Counted from the whole stretch's first letter, positions 9,379 to 19,023 are shown. The stretch is DNA of 62,451 nucleotides, filler included, from Spirochaetales bacterium (GCA_016928955.1; 3 parts of 3 records of this genome joined end to end with filler, not necessarily neighbours in it); one strand, 5' to 3'. Notes: generated by a model from the letters alone, not told the origin. A program made the numbers and translations.

Positions 9379-10602
9379 CTAGGGAACAAGCTCCAGGTTT
9401 TTCAATGAGAGCCCCTCGGGCAGGTCGCTGGTCTGCAGGTAATGGGCGCCTTCCACGTGGCAGGCGTTGCAGTCGCGGGTGCGGTCTGTGCGCTTGGCCA
9501 GGTTGTGGGGCACGGCGTCCCAGTAGTTCGGCAGGCTGTCGTAGTTGGACATGGTCACCCCGGCGTGCTTGAACGTGTCGCGCACGGTGGGGATCAACCT
9601 GAGCGTGGTCAGCTCCTTGGGATTGCGTGGACTCTTGCCCAGTACCAGGCCAGGCTTGGCCGTGGCGCCGGAGCCCTCATGGCAGTTTGAGCACTGGCGG
9701 TATTCAGACGTGACATGGCAGGCGGAACACGACACGTGCTCTAGATGCGTTGCGTGGGTCTCCTGCGTGGAATCCTTGCCCATGGTGGCTATGTCGTGGC
9801 AGTCGGTGCATGACGGCCTGTTGGCCACGTCCTTGCGTCCGCTTGCTGCTCCGGACGTGCCGTGGAACTGGTCTCCGCTGTGACAGTCCGTGCAAGTCAT
9901 GCCCTTGCGGTAGTGCACGTCGGGCACTCCCGTGTAGTCGCCCGTGAATTCCGGCCACACGCGGCCTCCGTGGCACAGGGCGCAGGTTTTAGACTCGTCG
10001 GCTTTGACAAAGCGGTGCCCGTCCAGGAGGCCCGAGTTGATTCCGGATACCACGGGGCTCTGCACGTGGCAGTCGCCGCAGGACGCGTGGCATGAGCGGC
10101 AGGATTGCTCGAACACCTTCTGGTCAAAGAGCTTCTTTTCAGCGGCGTTGAAACGCGGCGCAACGCCGTTTTTCATGCCGGCCGCCGTGTAGTGCAGGGC
10201 CAGGGTATAGGTTTTGGAAATGGCCTCATGGCATTGTCCGCAGCTGGTTTCCGGCTGGTCCGAAGGGCGCTTGATCATGCCCTTGTGCGCAGCCGCCTTG
10301 TCCGCCGCGTTCTGATTGCCCTGGTGGCAACTTATGCAATCGAGGTAGAAATGGGGGTCTTCCGCCAGCGCGTCAGGGCTGACGACAAAGCCCATGTAAT
10401 AATCCGCCCGAACCGGGGGAGGAGCTCCCGCTCACCCCTCGCCTTCGGCCGACGCACCCGAGGGCGGCGTGACGAGCTTCTGCATCGTGGCCGGCGTGCT
10501 GTGGCAGTCAACGCAGCTACCGCCCGTTGCGTGGGCGGCTAGGGCGGCGGCGCCAAAGAACGCGACCATGAGCATGGCCCGCTTGCTTGCGGCCATATTC
10601 AT
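9379..10602 (-). CDS. Exported multiheme cytochrome c selenoprotein (11 CxxCH, Sec at UGA 10432-10434, codon 57; 407 aa)
   Basis: AAGGAGG RBS, ATG 10602, signal peptide, CVDCH, ...SAEGEG-U-AGAPPPVRADYY continuing in frame into ORF 9379..10395, which carries 10 more CxxCH; SECIS-like hairpin; adjacent sel genes. Confidence 0.88.
10403..10420 (-). promoter_or_regulatory. Candidate SECIS element of the multiheme cytochrome
   Basis: UCCCCCG-GUU-CGGG(C)GGA hairpin whose G-starting loop begins 18 nt after the UGA. Confidence 0.7.
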
Positions 10603-10715
10603 AGGAACCTCCTTGCCGGGATGGATAAGGCCAACGGCCCTCGCGGATCCAGTAAAGAACCCGCTACTCAGCTAATTTCAAAACTCGTCCGACTTTTGAA
10701 AGAGCCTCGTATCAG

Positions 10716-10744
10716 ACTATAACCAATGTTGGGCACGGTGTAAA
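10716..10744 (-). promoter_or_regulatory. sigma70-like promoter for the cytochrome gene
   Basis: TTTACA-N17-TATAGT on the minus strand, with an AT-rich tract upstream. Confidence 0.6.
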
Positions 10745-10797
10745 TAGATAAAAATAAATATATATATGATTAACGACATCAAGAATGCCCGTCTCGA

Positions 10798-10826
10798 TTG
10801 ACAAAAACGGTTTGTGCCCCTAGTCT
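10798..10826 (+). promoter_or_regulatory. sigma70-like promoter for resB-ccsA
   Basis: TTGACA-N17-TAGTCT, divergent from the cytochrome promoter. Confidence 0.6.
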
Positions 10827-10879
10827 TGGCTGGTTTACGTCCTCAGGCCTGAGGTACGAATTCCCTTCGGGAGTAGCCC

Positions 10880-11857
10880 GTGAACAAACTGCTGGATAAG
10901 CTGTCCTCGATAAAGCTGGCCATCGGACTGATCGTGTATCTGGCCGTGACAGGTATTTTGGCGACCCTGGTGCCGCAGGGTCTTGCCTTTGAAGAATACC
11001 AGGCCCTGTACCCCCGCCTGCTTGCCGACCTGGTATTCCAGACCGGGTTCTCGCATTTTTTCAATTCAATCCTGTTCATACTTCCGGCCTTGCTGTTTTT
11101 TGCCAATCTGTCGGTGTGCACCGTCAAGCGTTTTGTCCGGGAAATCCGCAGGAAGGGTCCCAAGCGCTTTGGTCCGGACATACTCCACCTCGGGCTGATG
11201 CTTCTGGTGCTGGGCTCAATCTGGTCGTATTCCGGACATCAGCAGGGCGCGGTTACCTTGAGCCCGGGCGAGGGCGTGGAGCTGCCCGACGGATCGACCC
11301 TGGTGCTCAGGGACTTCCGCTTTGAGCAGTACGACGATGGGCGCCCTAAGGATTGGATATCCACGGTGGACCTGAGCAAAAACGGCCAAATCATCAAGGA
11401 AGGCTATCAGCTCAAGGTCAACGCGCCGTTGCGGCACGCAGGCTTGACCCTGTACCAGGCATCCTACTCCCAGCGCTCGTCGCTCATCCTCAGGGACGCT
11501 GAAGGCCACGAATTCCGACTAGGGCAGGGCGAGAGCCTGGAACTCGGCGGCCTATCCGTGTTTTTCATGGCGCCCGAGGGCACGGACCCGGCGGGAGACG
11601 GCGTACTTGCGGCAGACCAGCAGCCGGATAACGCGCGGGCGGTGGTACAGCTGTCCGACGCCGACGGACAACGAGTGGAAAGGCTGGCGCCGGGCTCTGT
11701 GCTCGGCGACGTCACCGTGATCGGCTTCAGGAACGAGCTGGCGACGGGCATAGAGGCTGTGGACGACCCGGGCTATCCCCTGGTGCTCGTGGCCCTGATT
11801 CTCATAGCCTTTGGCACCGCGCTCACCTTCATACAGAAACTCAAGGAGCTTGCATGA
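10880..11857 (+). CDS. resB: Cytochrome c biogenesis protein ResB/CcsB-like (system II)
   Basis: LSSIKLAI...GILATLVPQG, NLSVCT, conserved His (ILHLG), large extracytoplasmic loop with VNAPL...YQASY, DPGYPLV TM; ATGA overlap with ccsA. Confidence 0.85.
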   Translation: MNKLLDKLSSIKLAIGLIVYLAVTGILATLVPQGLAFEEYQALYPRLLADLVFQTGFSHFFNSILFILPALLFFANLSVCTVKRFVREIRRKGPKRFGPDILHLGLMLLVLGSIWSYSGHQQGAVTLSPGEGVELPDGSTLVLRDFRFEQYDDGRPKDWISTVDLSKNGQIIKEGYQLKVNAPLRHAGLTLYQASYSQRSSLILRDAEGHEFRLGQGESLELGGLSVFFMAPEGTDPAGDGVLAADQQPDNARAVVQLSDADGQRVERLAPGSVLGDVTVIGFRNELATGIEAVDDPGYPLVLVALILIAFGTALTFIQKLKELA

Positions 11858-12654
11858 CCCTGTCCCAGATACTGGCCACCGCGGCCTTCTCCCTCCTTGG
11901 CCTTTCGGCCCTGGTCCTTATCGTGCGCCTGTTCTCCCGCTCGGGCAAACCCGAATGGCTGTCGGCGGCTGCCCAGGCCCTCGCGGCGGTGCTGTTGGCC
12001 GCCGAGCTGGTCATGCGGAGCTTTCAGGTGGGCTTTGTGGCCCTCACCAGCACGTACGAGTCGCTCCTGTTCTACGCCGCGGTGATAGCCGCCCTCTTGG
12101 TGTGGTACCGTTTCCAGAAAAAACTGCGGTACAGCGCCGGGCTGGCCTTTGGAGCCGTGATGGTAGCCATCATCATGATGGCCGTGGCCAGTTCACCGCT
12201 GATAGCCAAAGAGGCCCTGCCGCCCATACCGGCCCTGCGTTCGGGGTGGCTCGTGTTGCATGTGAGCTTCTCGTTCATCGGGGAGGCGTTCTTTGTGGTC
12301 AGCTTCGTCGCGTCCATACTGTTCCTGGCGACCAAGAACGACGAGCGTCGCCTGGATCTGGACCGCGTCACCTACACGTCCGTGGCCATAGGCTATGTAT
12401 TCTTCACGGCAGGCGCCCTGGCCTTTGGAGCCATCTGGGCAGAGCAGGCATGGGGACGCTGGTGGAGCTGGGATCCAAAGGAAACCTGGGCCCTGGTCAC
12501 CTGGCTGGTGTATACGGCGTACCTGCACGTGCGCCTGGTGATGAAGCGCAAGGACTCGTGGCCGTCGATCATATCGGTTGCCGGGTTCCTGTGCACGGTG
12601 TTCACGTTCTTTGGAGTGAACTACCTGTTGCCCGGGCTCCACAGCTACGGTTGA
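11854..12654 (+). CDS. ccsA: Cytochrome c biogenesis protein CcsA/ResC (system II heme lyase)
   Basis: WWD domain GAIWAEQAWGRWWSWDPKETWAL, PALRSGWLVLHV, YLH, GVNYLLPGLHSY. Confidence 0.95.
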   Translation: MTLSQILATAAFSLLGLSALVLIVRLFSRSGKPEWLSAAAQALAAVLLAAELVMRSFQVGFVALTSTYESLLFYAAVIAALLVWYRFQKKLRYSAGLAFGAVMVAIIMMAVASSPLIAKEALPPIPALRSGWLVLHVSFSFIGEAFFVVSFVASILFLATKNDERRLDLDRVTYTSVAIGYVFFTAGALAFGAIWAEQAWGRWWSWDPKETWALVTWLVYTAYLHVRLVMKRKDSWPSIISVAGFLCTVFTFFGVNYLLPGLHSYG

Positions 12655-12662
12655 TAAACGCC

Positions 12663-14606
12663 CTACCCGGAAGCCAGGCTCCCGTCAGGGGGCCGGCCCT
12701 TGCCCGGTGCATCCGCCGCCGATGCATCGGGGCGGGGCGGTATGTACACGGTCACCGATGACCCGCCGCCGGCCCGCCCGCCCACGGTGAGCGACGCGCC
12801 GAGTTGCTGGGCCAGGGCCCGTACGATGGTGTAGCCCATGCCCCCTGACTGCTCGGGTTCAAAGCCGTCCGGAAAACCGCGCCCGTCGTCCTCCACCGAT
12901 ACCGCGAGCCATCCGTCATCCTGACGGCGCGCCCGCAGGTAGACGGTGCCGTGGCCGCGGTCCAAGAAGGCATATTTCAGGGAATTGGTGACCAGCTCGT
13001 TGGCGATGAGGCCTATGGGCACGGCGTCCTCAAGGGCAAGCTGGCTATCGTCCGCGTCCACCTTCCATTCGATCTCTGTGCATCCGCCCAGATACACGTC
13101 GCACAGGTCCGTAAAAAGATCCCGCAGGTAGTCGCCGGCGCTTATGGACGACAGGTCCACCGAGCGGTACAGCTGCTCGTGCACGTGGGCCATGGCGCGG
13201 ACGCGGTCCTGGCTCTCCTGAAACAAGCCTCGGTCGTATTCGTTGTGGAAGCGGTCCGACTGTATGGACAGGAGGCTGGACACGATCTGAAGGTTGTTTT
13301 TGACGCGGTGATGGATTTCCTTGAGCAGGGCCTCCTTTTCCCGCAGCGAATCCGACAATTTCCGAAGGGTCAGTTCCCTGCTGGTTACATCACGGGACAG
13401 GCAGAGGGCGCGCTTGTCGTCCAAACGGGCTATGCGAGCATCAAAGGTCAGGCCGCCGTCCGGGCCCGGAAGGGTGTACTGGAGCAGCTGAACCTCATTG
13501 GTCTTGATGGCCTTATCTATAGCTACACAGGCGCGCTCGTGCAGGGCGCTGTCGCCCAGGACCTCGTACACGCTTTTGCCCAGGAAGTCGTCAACCGGTG
13601 CCGCGACCACGGCCGAGCTCTGGTAATGGGCCTCCAGGTAGCGGCCCTCCCGGTCAAACACAAACAGGTAGTCGGGCAGGGCGTTGACCATGGCTTCCAG
13701 GCGGGCGCGTGCGCCGGCCAGCTCGGCCAGTCTGGCCGCCAATTCGGCCGTGCGCACGGCTACCGTGCGCTTGAGAACGGCCGCGGCCAGGGCAAGGATA
13801 ACGATAAAGAGGGCTAATACAGCCGAGCCCGCCGCCAGCCACGTTACCGTTTTTGGGTCCAGACTCCGGAACAGCGTTGACCCGAACCAGCGCCTGTCTA
13901 TGGCGTCCGTCACGGACGGCGGCAGGGCATTGAAGCCGCGCTCGACCAGTTCCAGCACGGCCGCGTCGCCCTTGGCCACGGCGCGGTGGAAACTGCCGGT
14001 GTACAGGTTCATGGCCTTGCGGTAATCGCGTGCCGCCCCCGCTTTCTGGAGCAGGTAGAGGGCGGGAGGTTCGTCCAGGCAGAAAATGCGCTCGGTACCG
14101 TCGAGGGCGGCGTCTACGAGCGCGTCGTAGCTCGGGTAGAGGCTGATGTCCTCAACACCGGCGGCGCGGAGCACGTCCACGCATGCGTCGCCCCGCTTGG
14201 CAGCCACGCGGAAACCTCTGAGGTCTTCAGGTTCGGCCAGGCCCGATATGTCGCTGTGGAAAAAGACAGGCACGGGCAATTCGGCGTAGGGCGGGGTGAA
14301 ATCCAGCCAGGCGTCCCGCTCGTCGTTCCGGAAAATGGTGTCTATGACGTCCGCCTGGCCGGCACGCATGGCCTCCAGGGCGGCCGACCATTCCATGCCC
14401 CGGAGCTCGACCCTGACGCCCGTGGCATCCTGCCAGGCCTTCCACAGGTCCGGAAGTATGCCCTTGAGCCTGCCGTCGTCGTCCTGAAACGAGTAGGGCG
14501 GGTAGTCGTTGTCGCATACCACGACTATCGAGTGTATGGACGGCGTGGCCTGGGCAAACGCCAGCTTGGTTGCCAGGCACAAGAGCAGGGCGGGGGCGAA
14601 CTTCAC
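12663..14606 (-). CDS. Sensor histidine kinase (family-3 solute-binding domain, TM, PAS, HisKA_2/HATPase)
   Basis: Signal peptide, DYPPYSF SBP domain, LLKEIHHRVKNNLQ, NELVTNSLKYAF, DDGRG, GMG. Confidence 0.9.
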   Translation of the reverse strand: MKFAPALLLCLATKLAFAQATPSIHSIVVVCDNDYPPYSFQDDDGRLKGILPDLWKAWQDATGVRVELRGMEWSAALEAMRAGQADVIDTIFRNDERDAWLDFTPPYAELPVPVFFHSDISGLAEPEDLRGFRVAAKRGDACVDVLRAAGVEDISLYPSYDALVDAALDGTERIFCLDEPPALYLLQKAGAARDYRKAMNLYTGSFHRAVAKGDAAVLELVERGFNALPPSVTDAIDRRWFGSTLFRSLDPKTVTWLAAGSAVLALFIVILALAAAVLKRTVAVRTAELAARLAELAGARARLEAMVNALPDYLFVFDREGRYLEAHYQSSAVVAAPVDDFLGKSVYEVLGDSALHERACVAIDKAIKTNEVQLLQYTLPGPDGGLTFDARIARLDDKRALCLSRDVTSRELTLRKLSDSLREKEALLKEIHHRVKNNLQIVSSLLSIQSDRFHNEYDRGLFQESQDRVRAMAHVHEQLYRSVDLSSISAGDYLRDLFTDLCDVYLGGCTEIEWKVDADDSQLALEDAVPIGLIANELVTNSLKYAFLDRGHGTVYLRARRQDDGWLAVSVEDDGRGFPDGFEPEQSGGMGYTIVRALAQQLGASLTVGGRAGGGSSVTVYIPPRPDASAADAPGKGRPPDGSLASG

Positions 14607-14735
14607 CGGTACTCCTTGGTACGGGATTGGGTGCCGGAGTGGCCGGCGCGCTCATGCCTACGGACTACAGCATAGGCCCTACGCGCCGACGTTTCCAGGG
14701 CGGTCTGGCCCCTATCGTTCTTCCTCCGCGGACGT

Positions 14736-15812
14736 TCAGCGCAGGTGATATCCGCCGGCCGCCGTTTCCGCGGCCAGGTAGGCTGTATAGGCAGCCTGGT
14801 CATAGGGGTAATCCCAGGCGCCCTGCCTGTGCAGGAGCCGCCCGCCAAAACCGCTTTTGAACGCGTACAGGCCGTACAAAGGATGCTCGGGATCCGGCCT
14901 CGGAGCCACGCCGAAGAGGTCGTAGCTCAAGCAGTTCCGCCCGAGCGCCGCGAGCATGGCTTCCCACTGGAGGGCATAGGGCGCCATGGCTCCCCGCTCG
15001 GTGCCGCTGGACGCCCCGTACAGGTAGGTTGCCCTGTCCGCCGACACGGACAGGAACATGGCGGCCAGCGCCTTGCCGTTCAGCTCTGCTATCAGAAGCT
15101 GTATGCCGCCAGAGCCGGCATCGGGCCCGAACAGGGCTCTGAAATGTTTCTCGGCGTGGGGGACAAAGTTGTTGCGGGCAGCCGTTTCCCCATAAAGGCG
15201 TTGCCAGAGCGGGAGATCCTCCGGTCCGCCCGTCCGCACCCGGACACCCTTGCGGCGGGACAGCCTGATGTTGTAACGCGTTTTAGGCTTCATGCGGCGG
15301 AGCAGGGCGTCCTCGCCGCCCCTGAGGTCCACGATCATGGTGTCGGGGGGGAGTATGTCGCTCGGGGCCTTGCGTACTCCCACGGACGGAACGCCCCAGT
15401 TCATGCGGAGTTCCCGGAGGCGTGGCTCGGGAGGGCCGAGCCAGCGGCCATCTCCGTCGTAGCGCCCGTCGTCGTCTGCGTAGGGGGATGTCCACGGTAG
15501 ATCCCAGCGCACAAAGGCGCAGTCGGCCCCCAGGAGGGGCCTGAGCGTCTCGGACAGGGCGTGGAGGAATTCGCCGCGCCTGTCCGCATGGGGCAGGGTC
15601 TCCGGGCCAAAGGGCGCGTAGGCCAGGGTCCTGGCTCCTGAGCGCCTTGTCAGGATGAGCACGTCGCCGGCGGCCTGGCCGTCGACGCTGATGTCAAAGC
15701 TGAGGGGCCGCCAGCCAAGGCGCCGCTTGACCGAGCTCCAGAAGCTGGTCTGGTGTACCAGGGGTGTGTCCGTGAGGCGGGCGGACGGTTTTGCCGTCAC
15801 GCTGACCTTCAT
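14736..15812 (-). CDS. FemAB/FemX-family peptidoglycan bridge aminoacyltransferase
   Basis: HQTSFW..VK...GW, MKPKTRYNIRL..RKGV, YLYGAS, YDLFG, GLYAFKSGFGG; start placed after the GGAGGAG RBS. Confidence 0.9.
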   Translation of the reverse strand: MKVSVTAKPSARLTDTPLVHQTSFWSSVKRRLGWRPLSFDISVDGQAAGDVLILTRRSGARTLAYAPFGPETLPHADRRGEFLHALSETLRPLLGADCAFVRWDLPWTSPYADDDGRYDGDGRWLGPPEPRLRELRMNWGVPSVGVRKAPSDILPPDTMIVDLRGGEDALLRRMKPKTRYNIRLSRRKGVRVRTGGPEDLPLWQRLYGETAARNNFVPHAEKHFRALFGPDAGSGGIQLLIAELNGKALAAMFLSVSADRATYLYGASSGTERGAMAPYALQWEAMLAALGRNCLSYDLFGVAPRPDPEHPLYGLYAFKSGFGGRLLHRQGAWDYPYDQAAYTAYLAAETAAGGYHLR

Positions 15813-15836
15813 ACGCTCCTCCACGGCCGCGGATAG

Positions 15837-16319
15837 TCACCGTCCGCAGCACTGTTTGTATTTTTTCCCCGAGCCGCAGGGGCAGGGGTCGTTGCGTCCC
15901 ACCTTGGGCGCGGTGCGGGTGACCGTTGCGGTTTTCACCTCGCCTGATTCGTACAGCCAGCCGCCGTCCTGGCGGACAAAGCGAGCCGTTTCATGGTGCT
16001 CCTCGGCCAGGCCGTTCTGCTCGTAGGTGGCCACGAACTCCACCAGCCCGTCCTGGTCGTTCGGGCCGCCCCGCTCCACCCTGAGTATCCGCAAACCCTT
16101 CCAGGTGGATTGCTCGCTCCAGCGCCTGGTGGCTTCCTCGTCGATGTTGTCGTCATGGACGCAGCTGGCCATCACATGGTCGATCTTGTGCAGGGCGTAG
16201 GCGCTATAGCGGCTGCGCATCAGGGCCTCCGCGCTGGGGGCCGGCTTGTCGCCGGAAATGATGGGCCCGCAACAGGCGGTATAGGCGCGGCCGGAGCCGC
16301 AGGGGCAAAGATCGCTCAT
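15837..16319 (-). CDS. YchJ-family protein with SEC-C motifs
   Basis: [29 protein letters not shown]...[19 protein letters not shown]. Confidence 0.92.
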   Translation of the reverse strand: MSDLCPCGSGRAYTACCGPIISGDKPAPSAEALMRSRYSAYALHKIDHVMASCVHDDNIDEEATRRWSEQSTWKGLRILRVERGGPNDQDGLVEFVATYEQNGLAEEHHETARFVRQDGGWLYESGEVKTATVTRTAPKVGRNDPCPCGSGKKYKQCCGR

Positions 16320-16495
16320 GAACATCCTCCGTGAACACGTTGTAACCCGGATAGGCTCCCGGGGGCAAGAAGGACCCGGCGCGGTCGTGACACGGCCTGC
16401 CTTGCCGCGCTACACTGGCTGCCGTCGAATGGACCCCGTAACCGGGCCATTAGCACATATTTTGCGCGGGATAGCGTCGCGGACAGGAACCATAC

Positions 16496-17392
16496 ATGAG
16501 ACGTTTCAGCATCATCATCACCGCCCTGGCTCTGGCCGTGTCGTCGTGCGGCACCAGGAGTGTCCGAGCCGGGACCTTGTCCATAGGGCTCATGCCGGCG
16601 GTGGACATAGCGCCCGTGCTGGTTGCCGCGGACAAAGGATATTTTGCGGACGAAGGCCTAGAACTGAGCTACCAGGTATTCACCAGCGCCCAAGACAGAC
16701 AGAGTGCTCTCCAGGTGGGAGCCATAGACGGGGCGCTGACCGACCTGGTGGCTCTGAGCGTGAACGCGGCTTCGGGTTTCGGGCTCAAGGCGACCATGAT
16801 GACCGACGGCATGTTCGCCGTGATGGCCCGGGCCAACGCTCCAGAGTCCGGCCGCGCGAGCATAGGCCTCATGGAGGTCAGCGTGACCAACTACCTGGCC
16901 GAACGCTGGCTGGCTTCCGGCCTGGATCTGGACAAGGTGTACATCAACGATATCGGGGCCAGGCTGGAAGCCCTTGCGTCCGGCCAGCTGGACTTGGCCG
17001 TCCTGCCGGAACCGCTGGCGTCGGTAGCCAGGGCGCGCGGGCTTATGGCCAGGGCCTCATCCAGGTCCGTTGACGACTCCCCGCAGGTGATGGCGTTCAC
17101 GGAAGCGGCGCTCAGGGACAAGACGGACGCCATCAGGGCCTTCCATACAGCCTATGCCAGGGCGGTGCGCGACATAGCAGCCAATCCTGACCTTGCCCGG
17201 GATGCCCTGGCGTCGGCCATTCCCAATGTCACGCCGGAACTCGCGGCAGCCATGGGCTTGCCCGAGTACCGCGAACCGGCCCTCCCTTCGGACGCCTTTC
17301 TGGCCGACATCCTGGACTGGACAGAGAGCGTTGTGGGCAAGCCGCTGGACCTGGAGCCGGCCGACCTGGTGGACGGACGCTTTGTCCGTTAA
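16496..17392 (+). CDS. ABC transporter substrate-binding lipoprotein (SsuA/NMT1-like)
   Basis: Lipobox VSSC, P..VA.DKGYFADEGL, G.IDG; first gene of an ABC operon. Confidence 0.85.
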   Translation: MRRFSIIITALALAVSSCGTRSVRAGTLSIGLMPAVDIAPVLVAADKGYFADEGLELSYQVFTSAQDRQSALQVGAIDGALTDLVALSVNAASGFGLKATMMTDGMFAVMARANAPESGRASIGLMEVSVTNYLAERWLASGLDLDKVYINDIGARLEALASGQLDLAVLPEPLASVARARGLMARASSRSVDDSPQVMAFTEAALRDKTDAIRAFHTAYARAVRDIAANPDLARDALASAIPNVTPELAAAMGLPEYREPALPSDAFLADILDWTESVVGKPLDLEPADLVDGRFVR

Positions 17393-18125
17393 GCAGCTCC
17401 GCGTCCGGGGCCTGTGCGTGCGTTACGGGCACGAGGCGGCCATAGACGGTCTGGATCTGGACCTTGAGCCGGGCCGCTCCTACGCCCTGGTGGGTCCCTC
17501 GGGCTGTGGAAAAACGACGCTCCTGTACACGCTGGCTGGCATCCTGAAACCTGACGAGGGCACGGTAGAGGTCGGAGGACAAGCCCTTGAGGGCATACGC
17601 CCCGGTACGGGGCTGGTGACCCAGCGCAACACCCTGTTGCCGTGGAAGACCGTCAGGCAGAACGTGGCCCTGGGCCTGTCTGCGCGTGGTGTGGACAAAG
17701 CCCAGGCGTACGCCCGCACCCTGGACATCCTGTCCGAGCTCGGCCTTGCCGCCCACGCGGACAAGTATCCCGCCCAGCTGTCAGGCGGCCAGGCCCAGAG
17801 GGTCAGCCTGGCCCGCACCCTCATAACGTCGCCGGACATACTCCTCATGGACGAGCCGACCAGCCAGCTGGACCAGATGACCAAGGAAGACGTCCAGGAC
17901 CTGATCCTCAGGCTGTACAAGCGCAGGCCCGTCCTCTCGGTGCTGGTCACGCATAGCATAGAAGAAGCGGCATTTTTGGGCTCGCGCGTGTTCATCATGC
18001 GCGCGGGCGCCATCGTCGCAGCGTTTGACAATCCCCATTTTGGCGACGAGAGCGCCCGGATGAGCGAGGAGTTTTACCGCCTGGTGATGGAACTCAGGCG
18101 TTCCCTGGCTGAGGACGCCGCGTGA
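17382..18125 (+). CDS. ABC transporter ATP-binding protein (nitrate/sulfonate type)
   Basis: GPSGCGKT, LLPWKTV, LSGGQ, LLMDEP, VTH; start (TTG 17382) approximate. Confidence 0.9.
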   Translation: MSVKQLRVRGLCVRYGHEAAIDGLDLDLEPGRSYALVGPSGCGKTTLLYTLAGILKPDEGTVEVGGQALEGIRPGTGLVTQRNTLLPWKTVRQNVALGLSARGVDKAQAYARTLDILSELGLAAHADKYPAQLSGGQAQRVSLARTLITSPDILLMDEPTSQLDQMTKEDVQDLILRLYKRRPVLSVLVTHSIEEAAFLGSRVFIMRAGAIVAAFDNPHFGDESARMSEEFYRLVMELRRSLAEDAA

Positions 18126-18895
18126 TATCCGGGATGGGCGGACGGGGCGGTATCGTGCGCCGGATGCTGCGCGCCGCGTACGCGCCGATGGCCGTACTGG
18201 CGCTCTGGCAGGCGGCCGCCTGGCTGTTCGACCATCCTGTGGTGCCGGGACCCGTGCCGGCCCTGGCCGAGCTCGGAATGCAGGTGGCCAGGGGGCGCAT
18301 ACTCTTGGACACGCTTGCCAGTTCCGGAAGGGCTCTTGCCGGCATGGCCCTGGCCGTGGCCGTGGGCCTGCCCCTGGGCCTGGTCATGGGCAAGAGCAGG
18401 CGCTTTGGACCCGTGCTCCGTCCCTTGGCCTACCTTCTGTTCCCCGTGCCGAAAATCGCCTTCCTGCCCGTTTTCATCGTGCTTCTGGGCCTGGGCAACG
18501 CGTCCAAGATAGGCCTTCTGTTCGTGATCGTCGTGTTCCACATCGTGCTGGCCGTGGCCGACGGGGTGGGCGAGATTGCCCCCGACTACTACAGCGCCCT
18601 CCGCGTTCTGGGCCTTAGGCGGCCGGGCATATACCGCCACCTGGTCCTGCCCGCGTCCCTGCCGCGACTACTATCGTCCATGCGCCTGAGCGCAGGCACG
18701 GCCCTGTCCGTGCTTTTCTTCGCGGAAAACTACTCGACACGGCACGGCCTGGGCGCCTTCGTTATGAACGCGTGGATCATGGCCGACTATCCCACCATGT
18801 ATGCCGGCATCGTCGCTTTGGCCCTGCTGGGCGTCGGCATGTTCCAGGCCATAGACCTGGTCCAAAGGCGCCTGTGCCCCTGGCTGGGCTCGTGA
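18122..18895 (+). CDS. ABC transporter permease (SsuC/TauC-like)
   Basis: Multiple TM helices, PVPKIAFLP, LPASLP, AE...GLG. Confidence 0.9.
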   Translation: MISGMGGRGGIVRRMLRAAYAPMAVLALWQAAAWLFDHPVVPGPVPALAELGMQVARGRILLDTLASSGRALAGMALAVAVGLPLGLVMGKSRRFGPVLRPLAYLLFPVPKIAFLPVFIVLLGLGNASKIGLLFVIVVFHIVLAVADGVGEIAPDYYSALRVLGLRRPGIYRHLVLPASLPRLLSSMRLSAGTALSVLFFAENYSTRHGLGAFVMNAWIMADYPTMYAGIVALALLGVGMFQAIDLVQRRLCPWLGS

Positions 18896-18937
18896 TACAG
18901 GCTTGCGCGATCCTGCGAACCAAGGTACCATAAAGCC

Positions 18938-19003
18938 ATGATGCTGGTTCATTCCACGTTGGCGTACTATTACCGCGACTGTCCGGGCTGCCATCGGGGA
19001 TAG
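18938..19003 (+). other. Putative leader peptide MMLVHSTLAYYYRDCPGCHRG of a transcription attenuator
   Basis: Short ORF with three consecutive Tyr codons, just downstream of TTGCGC-N17-TACCAT (18903-18931) and upstream of a terminator. Confidence 0.4.
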
Positions 19004-19023
19004 ACCGTCTTGTCACGCACGAC

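Noticed and set aside
16496..18895. SsuA-like ABC transporter as part of the sulfur/selenium module
   Set aside because: Separated from the cluster by three unrelated genes, and the substrate cannot be inferred from sequence.
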